Below are positions 54,892 to 63,454 of a DNA stretch of 64,000 bases, piece by piece. The notes below the pieces were generated by a model. It was not told where the DNA came from and searched no databases. It worked only from the letters and a program-made list of their open reading frames with translations. The stretch lies in the NCBI GenBank assembly GCA_038040325.1, contig JBBPIM010000004.1, positions 29,325 through 93,324 of the forward strand. Direction: 5' to 3'. The translations under genes and the position numbers were made by a program. The DNA is from Candidatus Mayfieldus profundus. GTDB taxonomy: Bacteria; Actinomycetota; Thermoleophilia; Solirubrobacterales; 70-9. The stretch's first letter is position 1. Every line of letters begins with the position of its first letter.

Positions 54892-55845
54892 ATGTCACGC
54901 CCGTTCTTCACCGTCCTCGTCACAACCTACGACCGCGCCCAGATCGTGCGGCGCTGTGTTGACAGCTGCCTCGGCCAGACCTTCTCCGACTACGAGGTCG
55001 TCGTAGTCGATGACGGTTCGACCGACGACACCTTCTCGATCCTGGAGCGCATCGATGATCCTCGCCTGCGTGTCGTCGCCCATGAGTCAAACCGCGGAAT
55101 CGACCCCTCGCGGCACACCGGTGTCGCCAACTCGCGCGGGGAGTGGATAGTCCACATCGACAGCGACGACGAGTTGTTCCCCTACACGCTCGAGCGCCTG
55201 CGCGAGTTCATCGATGCTCTCCCGGATGGTGTGCGGGTCCTGCGTACCCGGCTGCTCTGGGACGACGGTCGCATCACCCCTGCTTTCGTCCCAACGGGAC
55301 CGATCGATTACGAAGGTCGACTCCGAGCCTGGGAGGCGGACCGGTCGGATGCCGGGAACTGCTGGCATCGTTCCGTATTCGACCTCAATCCGTATTTCAG
55401 GGATCGCCGCGGCGCGATGGAAGCGCTGCGGGAGTTGAACATGTCGAGAGTCGAGACCACCATGTACGTCCCGGACGTTCTCGCCAAGGTGCACACCGAC
55501 GCTCCAAACAGCTGGGCGCGCGGCGCCGACGCGTCCGAGGTCATCCCGCGGCTGTTGCGCGAGGCGCCCGACATGCTGTGGATGATGGAGACGACGATCG
55601 ACGAGCACGGTGCCGCGCTGGCTCAACATGCCCCCCGGACATATCGGCTCTTCCTGCGTGGGGCGTCAACGCAGGCGTTTCTGCTCGGCGACCGCAGGAA
55701 GGGATTCCGCTACGGACTTGCGGCCTTGCGGCTCGGCAGGCTCGATGCATTGGCCTGGGGAACCCTTGCGCTGGGGTTGCTTGGCCCGTGGGCGGTGGTT
55801 CGGGGCACGGTGGCGCACCGCCGGCTGAATCGCTTGAGGCCCTAG
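54892..55845 (+). CDS. glycosyltransferase family 2 (module A)
   Basis: 317 aa with 'FFTVLVTTYDRAQIVRRCVDSCLGQTFSDYEVVVVDDGSTDDT' and 'HIDSDDELFP'. Close paralog of 58039..59001. Confidence 0.8.
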   Translation: MSRPFFTVLVTTYDRAQIVRRCVDSCLGQTFSDYEVVVVDDGSTDDTFSILERIDDPRLRVVAHESNRGIDPSRHTGVANSRGEWIVHIDSDDELFPYTLERLREFIDALPDGVRVLRTRLLWDDGRITPAFVPTGPIDYEGRLRAWEADRSDAGNCWHRSVFDLNPYFRDRRGAMEALRELNMSRVETTMYVPDVLAKVHTDAPNSWARGADASEVIPRLLREAPDMLWMMETTIDEHGAALAQHAPRTYRLFLRGASTQAFLLGDRRKGFRYGLAALRLGRLDALAWGTLALGLLGPWAVVRGTVAHRRLNRLRP

Positions 55846-57161
55846 CCGAGGCTAGGTTCCCGGCGGCCGGCGTTGCCAGCCCAGCGCTGCGGAAGCAGCA
55901 GCGGGCGCAGGATGGTGCCAAGAAGAGCCAGGGCAATGACGGTCTGGCTCACGGTCCAGGCGACGCCAACACCGGTGATGCCCATTGGCGGCAGCAGGAT
56001 CGCGCTCAAGCCGATCACGAGCACAGCGAGACTGCCCTCTACAACGGCCATGGCGCGGCCACGGTGCTGGATCCGAGCAACGCTGACACCCAACGCGACG
56101 ATCACGTTCGGAATCATGCCCGCCGCGAGGAGCCGCAGGAGCGACGCCCCGGCGTCGGCGTAGGCTTGGCCGAAGGCAATCAGCATCCAGGGCGCCGCGA
56201 TTGCTGTCAGCGCCGCGAGCGGGACGACAAGCCGCATTGAGGTAGCGAGTGCGCGACGTGTGAGCTGCCGCAGCTGCGCCATGTCGACCGCCGCTTCGAC
56301 GGTGAGCGAGATCATGATGTTCACCGCAACGAGTTGCAGCGCCAGACAGATCGTCCAGGGAATGAAGAAATATGCCGTTTCAACTGCGCTGCTGAGGTTC
56401 GCGACGAGGATCGGGAGATAGAGGGTCGCTGCGAGACCGAACAACCATCCCGCGAGATTGCCCGTCGCCATCCCGATCAGCTTGCGGCGATCGAGCGAGT
56501 GATGGGATGGGTGCGCTGGGATCAGGCGCCGGAAGACGAGCAGGTTGATCAGGAGAATCGCGGCGGGCAATGGCGCATTCCACGCTATGAACAGACCCGA
56601 CCCCGGGACCCCCACGAGGGCAAGCAGGACCGCCAGCTTGGCGAGGGAATACAGCGAGTTCTCGAGTGGAATCCACCTCGCGGACCGCAGGCCGGTGAGG
56701 ACACCGTCCTGCAGAGTAAAGACGGTTGTCGCCGCCGTGGCCAGCGTGAAGCCGATCAACCAGCCATCGCTGTCCAGGAAGCCGAGCTTTGAAGACCAAG
56801 CGGAGCTCGTGAGGGCGGCTGCGGCGCCCAAGACGAGAGACAGAACCACAGTGACCAGATAGCTGCGCACAACGAACGTGCGGGTCGACGCGCCGGCCAC
56901 AGGCAGGTAGCGGACCAGGACGGTGCTGAGGCCGAGTGTGCACACACCCGAGACGAGGGTCAGAGCCGAAATCGCGGCCGAGTTGAGACCCACCACGCGC
57001 GCAGGATACGTCTGCGCTGCGAGTACCCAGAAGGCGATCCCGAGCAAGCCCGTGACGCCGGTTCCCAGGATCAGGAAATAGCCGGTCTGATACAGCGGGT
57101 CGCTGAGATGCTCGCGTAACCGATCTCGGCCGGATTGGGCTGGTGGGGGCGCCGTGGCCAT
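55842..57161 (-). CDS. polysaccharide flippase, Wzx/MOP-superfamily-like (module A)
   Basis: From the ATG at 57161 (439 aa, a start that aligns with the paralog's N-terminus). About 12-14 helices with a typical oligosaccharide-flippase layout. A 4-nt convergent overlap with the GT2 stop. Confidence 0.65.
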   Translation of the reverse strand: MATAPPPAQSGRDRLREHLSDPLYQTGYFLILGTGVTGLLGIAFWVLAAQTYPARVVGLNSAAISALTLVSGVCTLGLSTVLVRYLPVAGASTRTFVVRSYLVTVVLSLVLGAAAALTSSAWSSKLGFLDSDGWLIGFTLATAATTVFTLQDGVLTGLRSARWIPLENSLYSLAKLAVLLALVGVPGSGLFIAWNAPLPAAILLINLLVFRRLIPAHPSHHSLDRRKLIGMATGNLAGWLFGLAATLYLPILVANLSSAVETAYFFIPWTICLALQLVAVNIMISLTVEAAVDMAQLRQLTRRALATSMRLVVPLAALTAIAAPWMLIAFGQAYADAGASLLRLLAAGMIPNVIVALGVSVARIQHRGRAMAVVEGSLAVLVIGLSAILLPPMGITGVGVAWTVSQTVIALALLGTILRPLLLPQRWAGNAGRREPSLG

Positions 57162-57238
57162 TCCGCTATCGCCCGCGCTGTGGAAGATCAGGCCCCACCG
57201 GCTCGACTTCGACCCGCGCCAAGGGTTTCCTCTGCCAC

Positions 57239-57895
57239 TCAGCCCGGGGCTGTTTTCCTCCACAGACGCCTGCGTCGCATGTACACCAGCCGGCCCCAGA
57301 GTTCCCTGCGACCGGCCTTGGAATAGAGCTCGTCCAGGGGCGCCTTGCCAACAAGAGGATGCAGGTGCTCGACAATCGAATCAGATGCGTGAGCGAAAGC
57401 GTTGCGGGAGATCGCTGTCTGCACGAACTCGTCATCGACGAACTCGTGCATATAGCGCTCGTGTAGCAGCCGCGTTGGATCGTCGATGGTGCCCAGCTCG
57501 GCATAGTCCCTCGTAACCAGCGAGTGGGTGGAATGCTGGCCGGCCATCACACGATCTGAACACAGATCGTTGGTACCGACCACGCCGATTCCCTCGGTCA
57601 GCTGTGCCTTCGCTGCCTCAAGCCAGCCCGGATGAAAGCGAAGGTCATCAGCCGCCAAGAACAACAGGGGCTCGCTCGTCTCCTGAACCGCGTGGTTGAT
57701 CTTCTTCGCGTAGTTGCCCCGTACGATCAGCATCTCCGCGCCCTCGGCCTCGATCGCGCGTTGCTCAGCCTCATCGCCAGGGTCGCAGACGAACAGGACG
57801 CGGGCCCCTGGGGTGGTTCGCCGGATCGACGTGAGCAGGGGCCGCACGTTGTGTGGGCGGCCCAACACGGGCACGATGATCACCAGCTCAGCCAC
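57239..57895 (-). CDS. small GT-A-like glycosyltransferase-like protein
   Basis: 218 aa with a GTG start. 'LVIIVPVLGRPHNVRPLLTSIRRTT.GARVLFVCDPGD' and 'FLAADDLRFHPGWL' resemble a GT-A Rossmann core with a DD(x) motif. The family is not identified. Confidence 0.45.
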   Translation of the reverse strand: MAELVIIVPVLGRPHNVRPLLTSIRRTTPGARVLFVCDPGDEAEQRAIEAEGAEMLIVRGNYAKKINHAVQETSEPLLFLAADDLRFHPGWLEAAKAQLTEGIGVVGTNDLCSDRVMAGQHSTHSLVTRDYAELGTIDDPTRLLHERYMHEFVDDEFVQTAISRNAFAHASDSIVEHLHPLVGKAPLDELYSKAGRRELWGRLVYMRRRRLWRKTAPG

Positions 57896-58038
57896 CGACT
57901 AAAGCCTCCAAACTGACCTGTCGCGAGCCAGTCAGCCCCCGACGACTCGGCGCCGACAAGAAGCTGACCGCCCAAGAACCACGGAAAGGCATCGTAGCCT
58001 GTCGGAGCGTTCTCGAGCCGAATTGAGAGCCCCGCGAG

Positions 58039-59001
58039 ATGTCACAGCCTTTCTTCAGCGTTGTCGTCACGACCTATGACCGCGCCCGGATCGTGCGGCG
58101 CTGCGTCGACAGCTGCCTGGCGCAGTCGTTCTCCGATTTCGAGGTGGTCGTAGTCGACGACGCCTCGACCGACGACACCGTCCAGGTTCTGAACGGCATC
58201 GATGATCCGCGCCTTGGCGTGGTCGTTCACGAATCCAACCGCGGCATCAATCCCTCGCGCCACACCGGCGTCAACAACTCGCGGGGGGAGTGGATAGTCG
58301 TCGTCGACAGCGACTGGGAGCTGTTCCCCTATACGCTCGAGCGCCTGCGTACGATCATCCAAGACCTCCCGGAGGGCGTGCGGATCGTGCGAGGCCGACT
58401 GCTCTGGGACGACGGTCGAGTCTCGCCGGCGTCCGTACCCACGGGACCGATCGGCTACGAAGGCCACATCCGGCGCATGGAGCAGGACTGGTCGGACGAC
58501 GTCTCGTGCATGCATCGCTCGGTGTTCGAGCGCACCCCATACTTCAGCGATCGCCGTGGCGTGATCGAGGCGCTGTACGAGCTGAACCTGGCAAGGGTGG
58601 AGACGGGCATCTTCGTCGATGACGTTCTGGGCAAGGAGCACACCGACGCTCCGAACAGCTGGTGGCGCAGCGTCGACGCGTCCGAGGTCATACCGCGGCT
58701 CCTTCGCGAGGCGCCGGACATGCTTTGGATGGTGGAGACCACCCTTGACGAGCATGGAGCTGCGCTCGTGCAGCATGCCCCCAACTCGTACCGGGAGTTC
58801 CTGCGCATGGCGTCGACGCAGGCGTTCCTGGTCGGCGACAGGCGGAAGGGAAGACGCTACGCCTTGGCGGCGTTGCGGCGCAAGAAGCTCGATCCCCTGG
58901 CCTGGGTGACCCTGGCGCTCGGGTTGCTGGGTCCGCATGCAGTGGCGCGCGGATCACTGGCACAGCGCCGGTTGAATCGCTGGCGTAGCCGCGTCGCTTA
59001 G
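58039..59001 (+). CDS. glycosyltransferase family 2 (module B)
   Basis: 320 aa with 'FFSVVVTTYDRARIVRRCVDSCLAQSFSDFEVVVVDDASTDDT' and 'VVDSDWELFP'. Collinear paralog of 54892..55845. Confidence 0.8.
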   Translation: MSQPFFSVVVTTYDRARIVRRCVDSCLAQSFSDFEVVVVDDASTDDTVQVLNGIDDPRLGVVVHESNRGINPSRHTGVNNSRGEWIVVVDSDWELFPYTLERLRTIIQDLPEGVRIVRGRLLWDDGRVSPASVPTGPIGYEGHIRRMEQDWSDDVSCMHRSVFERTPYFSDRRGVIEALYELNLARVETGIFVDDVLGKEHTDAPNSWWRSVDASEVIPRLLREAPDMLWMVETTLDEHGAALVQHAPNSYREFLRMASTQAFLVGDRRKGRRYALAALRRKKLDPLAWVTLALGLLGPHAVARGSLAQRRLNRWRSRVA

Positions 59002-60338
59002 CGCAGTCTCGGCTCACCGAGTCCGACTTCACCAGCCCAGCGCCGGGGGAGCAGCAGCGGCCGCAGGATGCCTGCGAACAGAACAAGGGCGATCGCAGTC
59101 TGGGTAGCAAGCCATGCAACCCCGACGGCCTCGATACCCATACCGGGGATCAGTATCGCGCTCAAGCCGATTACCAGCACTGCCTGCACGGCCTGCACAG
59201 CCAGCACCACCCCGCCGCGGTGCTCGATGCGGGCCACGCTAATCCCCAGCACGACGATCACGCTCGGGATCTGGCCGGCCGCGAGTATCCGCAGCAGCGG
59301 CGCACCGGCGTCCGAGTAGGACTCGCCGAATGCGAGCAGCAGCCAGGGCGCCGCGATTGCGGTGACGGCCGCGACAGGGCATACGAGCAGCATCGTCTGC
59401 CTGAAAGCACGTCGGGCAAGCTGCCGAAGCCGCGGCATGTCGATCGCCGCCTCCACAGTAAGCGAAGACATCATGCTCAGCGCGACCAGCTCCAGCGCCA
59501 CGGAAAGCGTCCACGGCACGAAAAAATAGGCCGCTTCCTCTGCGCTGACTAGATTTGCGACGAGGATCGGCACGTAGAAAGTCGCCGCGAGGTCGAAGAG
59601 CAGCCCAGCGTAGTTCCCCCTCGCCATCCCCAAGAACTGGCGGCGATCGAGAGATCCCTCGGTATGACGGGCCGGTATCAACCGCCGGAAGACCAACAGG
59701 CTGACCAACACGATGGCGGCGGGTAGAGGAGCGCTCCAGGCGACGAACAGGCCGGATTGCGGGATCGCCCCGGCGAGCGCCAGCAGAAGCACGAGCTTGG
59801 CGACCGAGTAGAGCGAGTTCTCGAGTGGGATCCACTTCGCCGCCTGCAACCCGGTGAGGACGCTGTCCTGAAGGGTGAAGATGGTCATCGTCGCGGTGGC
59901 GAGCGTGAAGCCGATCAGCCAGCCCGGCTCGGTGAGGAAATCGAGCTTCGGCGACCACAGCTGGCTGGTCAGCGCGGCCGCCGCGCCCAACGCGAGCGAG
60001 AGCGCCACGGTCGCCGCGTAGCTGCCGACCACCAGCCTGCGGGTCGAACGGCCGGCCACGGGCAGGTACCGCACCAGGACGGCGTTGAGTCCGAGCGTGC
60101 AGGCGCCAGAGACGAGCGCCATCGCCGAGATCACCGCCGCGTTGAGACCCACCTCCCGCGCCGGGTACGCCTGAGCCGCGACCCCCCAGAAGACCACACC
60201 GAGCAGGCCGGTGATACCGGTTCCGAGAATCAGGTAGTAGCCCGTCTGGTACAGCGGGTCGCTGAGATGCGCCGCCAGCCGGCTTCGGGTGGATGGGGTC
60301 GATTTCTGGGAAGAGGCGGATGGCGGGGATTTGGCCAT
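58998..60338 (-). CDS. polysaccharide flippase, Wzx/MOP-superfamily-like (module B)
   Basis: 446 aa. 'HLSDPLYQTGYYLILGTGITGLLG...' is collinear with the module A flippase. The 4-nt convergent overlap with its GT2 is the same as in module A. Confidence 0.65.
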   Translation of the reverse strand: MAKSPPSASSQKSTPSTRSRLAAHLSDPLYQTGYYLILGTGITGLLGVVFWGVAAQAYPAREVGLNAAVISAMALVSGACTLGLNAVLVRYLPVAGRSTRRLVVGSYAATVALSLALGAAAALTSQLWSPKLDFLTEPGWLIGFTLATATMTIFTLQDSVLTGLQAAKWIPLENSLYSVAKLVLLLALAGAIPQSGLFVAWSAPLPAAIVLVSLLVFRRLIPARHTEGSLDRRQFLGMARGNYAGLLFDLAATFYVPILVANLVSAEEAAYFFVPWTLSVALELVALSMMSSLTVEAAIDMPRLRQLARRAFRQTMLLVCPVAAVTAIAAPWLLLAFGESYSDAGAPLLRILAAGQIPSVIVVLGISVARIEHRGGVVLAVQAVQAVLVIGLSAILIPGMGIEAVGVAWLATQTAIALVLFAGILRPLLLPRRWAGEVGLGEPRLR

Positions 60339-60500
60339 CGACTGCCGCCATGTTGATCCGGCTTGCGGCGGACACCGTACTCTTATTCGTCCTCCGCGCC
60401 AGGCAGAATCTTGAGAATCGAGTAACGAATGCCGAACGAGACCGGTAGGAAGCTCGAATCGATGTGTTCATCGTCTAGCGGCAAGAAGGGGGGCCCACGC

Positions 60501-61583
60501 ATGACATCCCGGATCCGACATTCGACTGCGGCGCGAGCGGCCGTCCTGGCTGTATTCGCGCTCGCATCGGCCTGCCTTGCCATGCCCTCGACGGCCCTCG
60601 CGGCAAAGCCCCGCAAGCTGTACTGGGGTGCGCACATCGGCGATCAGCTGACGGGCACGGCGGCGCCATATGACATGGGGGCGGTCTCGAAGTTCGCGGC
60701 GATCGCGGGCAAAGGGCTCTCCATGGTGGGGGTTAGTGCCGCCTTCGCGGATTGCTCATCGTCGCCGTGCACCTTCTACGGCTTCCCGACGACATTGATG
60801 GAGGACGTGCGCCAGTACGGGGCGATTCCGTTCTTCACATGGGCCTCGCAGGCGACCCCCCCGGGCGGCCTAAGCCAGCCGAATTTCCAGCTCTCCGACG
60901 TGATCAGCGGCAAACACGACGCCTATATCCGCAGCTTTGCTGCGGGCGCGAAGAGCTGGGGGCACCCGTTCTTTCTGCGCTTCAACCCGGAGATGAACGG
61001 GAACTGGTTCTCCTGGTCGGAAAGACGGAACGGCAACCGGCGCGGCGAGTCGGTCGCCGCCTGGCGTCACGTGCACGACATCTTCACCTCCGTCGGCGCG
61101 ACCAACGCCACCTGGGTCTGGTGCCCCAACGTCAACATCAGCGACGACAGCGCGCTCCAGCACAACCTCCGCGCGCTCTACCCCGGCCGCAAGTACGTCG
61201 ACTGGACATGCCTGGATGGCTTCAACTGGGGCCTCCGGGCCGGCTCCCCCGGTTGGCTGAGCTTCAAGCAGATCTTCCGCAGGACCTACCGTCGGGTCAT
61301 CAAGATCGCTCCGACCAAGCCGATGGTCCTCGGCGAGGTCGCCTCCAGCGATAGCGGCGGCTCCAAGGCCGCCTGGATCCGCAACATGCTCCGCACGATT
61401 CCCAACAAGTACCGCAAGATCCGCGGCATAATTTGGAACGACGTGCACGACCGCGACACGAACTGGCCGATCGAGACCTCGCGCTCCGCCACCAGGGCCT
61501 TCCGCCGCGGCATCGGCCGGCGCGTTTACCAACCCAGCAGGTTCGCCAATCTCGCCGCCTCCCCGATCCGACCGCCGCATTGA
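60501..61583 (+). CDS. secreted GH26-like glycoside hydrolase, paralog 2
   Basis: From the ATG at 60501, with a GGGGGG SD about 8 nt upstream. Signal peptide 'AAVLAVFALASACLAMPSTALA', then 'FFLRFNPEMNGNWFSWSE', 'WVWCPN', 'YPGRKYVDWTCLDGFNWG' and 'VLGEVAS'. Confidence 0.7.
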   Translation: MTSRIRHSTAARAAVLAVFALASACLAMPSTALAAKPRKLYWGAHIGDQLTGTAAPYDMGAVSKFAAIAGKGLSMVGVSAAFADCSSSPCTFYGFPTTLMEDVRQYGAIPFFTWASQATPPGGLSQPNFQLSDVISGKHDAYIRSFAAGAKSWGHPFFLRFNPEMNGNWFSWSERRNGNRRGESVAAWRHVHDIFTSVGATNATWVWCPNVNISDDSALQHNLRALYPGRKYVDWTCLDGFNWGLRAGSPGWLSFKQIFRRTYRRVIKIAPTKPMVLGEVASSDSGGSKAAWIRNMLRTIPNKYRKIRGIIWNDVHDRDTNWPIETSRSATRAFRRGIGRRVYQPSRFANLAASPIRPPH

Positions 61584-61672
61584 TCCCGGCCTGGCCATAG
61601 AATGCGAGCTCGAGCTACCGGCAACGGCTCTGAGGGGGTATCGGTGGAGAACACAGGCGAAGGGCTAAACGC

Positions 61673-62767
61673 ATGACATCCTCACTCCGACGGTCGACCG
61701 CGGCCAGGGCAGCGGCCATCCTGGGCGTTCTGGCGCTGGCAATGACGTGCCTCGCGCTCGTCTCGGATGACTCCGCGGCCAAGAAGCGCAAGCCGCCGCC
61801 GCTGTACTGGGGCGCCTGGATCGGCTGGCAGCTGACCGGCACCGAAGCGCCCTACGACATGAACGCCGTCTCCAAGTTCCAGTCACTGGTGGGCAAGGGA
61901 CTCTCCCTGGTCGAGTGGTCCCAGGCATTTTCGGACTGCCGATCCTCGCCCTGCCAATTCTTCGATTTCCCGGCCGCCGACCTGCAGAACGTGCGCCAGT
62001 ACGGGGCGATCCCGGTCCTCAGCTGGGCCTCGTCGTCAATCCCGAACTACGTCAACCAGCCGGACTTCCAGCTTTCCGACGTGATCGCCGGCCGGTATGA
62101 CGGCCACATCCGCAGCTGGGCAAGCGCGGCCAGGGCGTGGGGGCACCCCTTTTTCCTGCGCTTCAACTGGGAGATGAACGGTGACTGGTTCCCCTGGGGA
62201 GAGGCCACGAACGGCAACCAGCCCGGCCAGTCCGTCGCCGCCTGGCGCCACGTGCACGACATCTTCACCTCCGTTGGCGCGACCAACGCGACCTGGGTGT
62301 GGTGCCCGCTTGCCGAGATAAAGAAGAACACGGTCCGGGGCCTACGCGCGGTCTACCCCGGCGACGGCTATGTGGACTGGACCTGCCTGGACGGCTACAA
62401 CTGGGGTACCACGCCGGAAAACCCGCATCCCTGGAGGAGCTTCAACAAGATCTTCAGAAAGGACTATCTCTCGATCACCACGAAGATCGCCCGCAAGAAG
62501 CCGATGATGCTCGGCGAGATCGGCTCCCACAGCGGCGGCGGCAACAAGACCGCCTGGATCCGGGCCATGTTCCGCAAAGTCCGCACCGACTACAGAAAGG
62601 TCCGCGCGCTGATCTGGTTCAACGCGTTCGATCGCACCATCAACTGGCCGGTCGAGACTTCCCCTTCGACCCTGGCAGCCTTCCGCAGGGGCGTCGGAAA
62701 GCCCAACTACAAGCCCAATATCTACGGCAATATCAGCGCCAGACCGATTCCCCGGCCTCGACGCTGA
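61673..62767 (+). CDS. secreted GH26-like glycoside hydrolase, paralog 3
   Basis: 364 aa with a signal peptide, then 'FFLRFNWEMNGDWFPWGE', 'WVWCP', 'YPGDGYVDWTCLDGYNWG' and 'MLGEIGS'. Confidence 0.7.
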   Translation: MTSSLRRSTAARAAAILGVLALAMTCLALVSDDSAAKKRKPPPLYWGAWIGWQLTGTEAPYDMNAVSKFQSLVGKGLSLVEWSQAFSDCRSSPCQFFDFPAADLQNVRQYGAIPVLSWASSSIPNYVNQPDFQLSDVIAGRYDGHIRSWASAARAWGHPFFLRFNWEMNGDWFPWGEATNGNQPGQSVAAWRHVHDIFTSVGATNATWVWCPLAEIKKNTVRGLRAVYPGDGYVDWTCLDGYNWGTTPENPHPWRSFNKIFRKDYLSITTKIARKKPMMLGEIGSHSGGGNKTAWIRAMFRKVRTDYRKVRALIWFNAFDRTINWPVETSPSTLAAFRRGVGKPNYKPNIYGNISARPIPRPRR

Positions 62768-62783
62768 CAGCGGCGACCGAACG

Positions 62784-63382
62784 TCACTCGCCGGCGGCAA
62801 GCGGCGCCGGCTCGCCTGAGGCCGAGGCCGGCGGCGCGGCCCGAGTGGCGGCGCGCATAAAGACGACCGCCGCCGCGAGCAACAGCGCGACCGCGAAGGC
62901 CGCGTAGGGCAGCTTCACCGGCGCGTCGGTGAGCGGCCACAGCGGCGCGATGCCGGGGCCGGTGGCCAGGTCGCGGGCCAGATGGGCGCAGACGCCGAAG
63001 ACGGCGCCGAACGCGACCTGGCGCGCCCGGCCTCCCGCGACCGCCCCCACCAGCAGCAGCGCCAGCGGCGTGACGAAGCCGTGGGTGTAGGGGCGGGGCA
63101 CTCCCCCCTCGAGCCCGTGCCAGCCGAGGTAGCCGGGGATGTGGTCGAGGTCGATGACGACGCTTGCGACCAGCGCACCGACGGCGAAGGGCAGCGACGG
63201 TGGGGCCGCACCACCGCCACGAATGCGAGCAGGAACAGCAGCGCCGTGGCGAGGTGGGCGGGCTCGTCGACCAGCCCGAACTCCGAGCTCACCGTCGATG
63301 ACGAGACCAGGGCCCAGAGCAGGTCGACGCCGAGCACGAACCCGAGCAGCACGACCGAGACCTTGCGGGCTTCCTCGCTCAT
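62784..63382 (-). pseudogene. DUF457/YdjM-like membrane-bound metal-dependent hydrolase, apparently frameshifted
   Basis: The N-terminal half ('MSEEARKVSVVLLGFVLGVDLL...DEPAHLATALLFLLAFVAVV') lies in the frame of ORF 62915..63382. The C-terminal half ('SLPFAVGALVASVVIDLDHIPGYL...THGF...CAHLARD') lies in the frame of ORF 62784..63428. The junction is near 63200-63215, in a G/C run. Confidence 0.5.
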
Positions 63383-63454
63383 AGCCGGGGAACGGTAGCG
63401 GCGCAGGCGCCGAACCGCCTCGGCTCAACCTCCCGCGCCTATCCTTGTGCGCCC

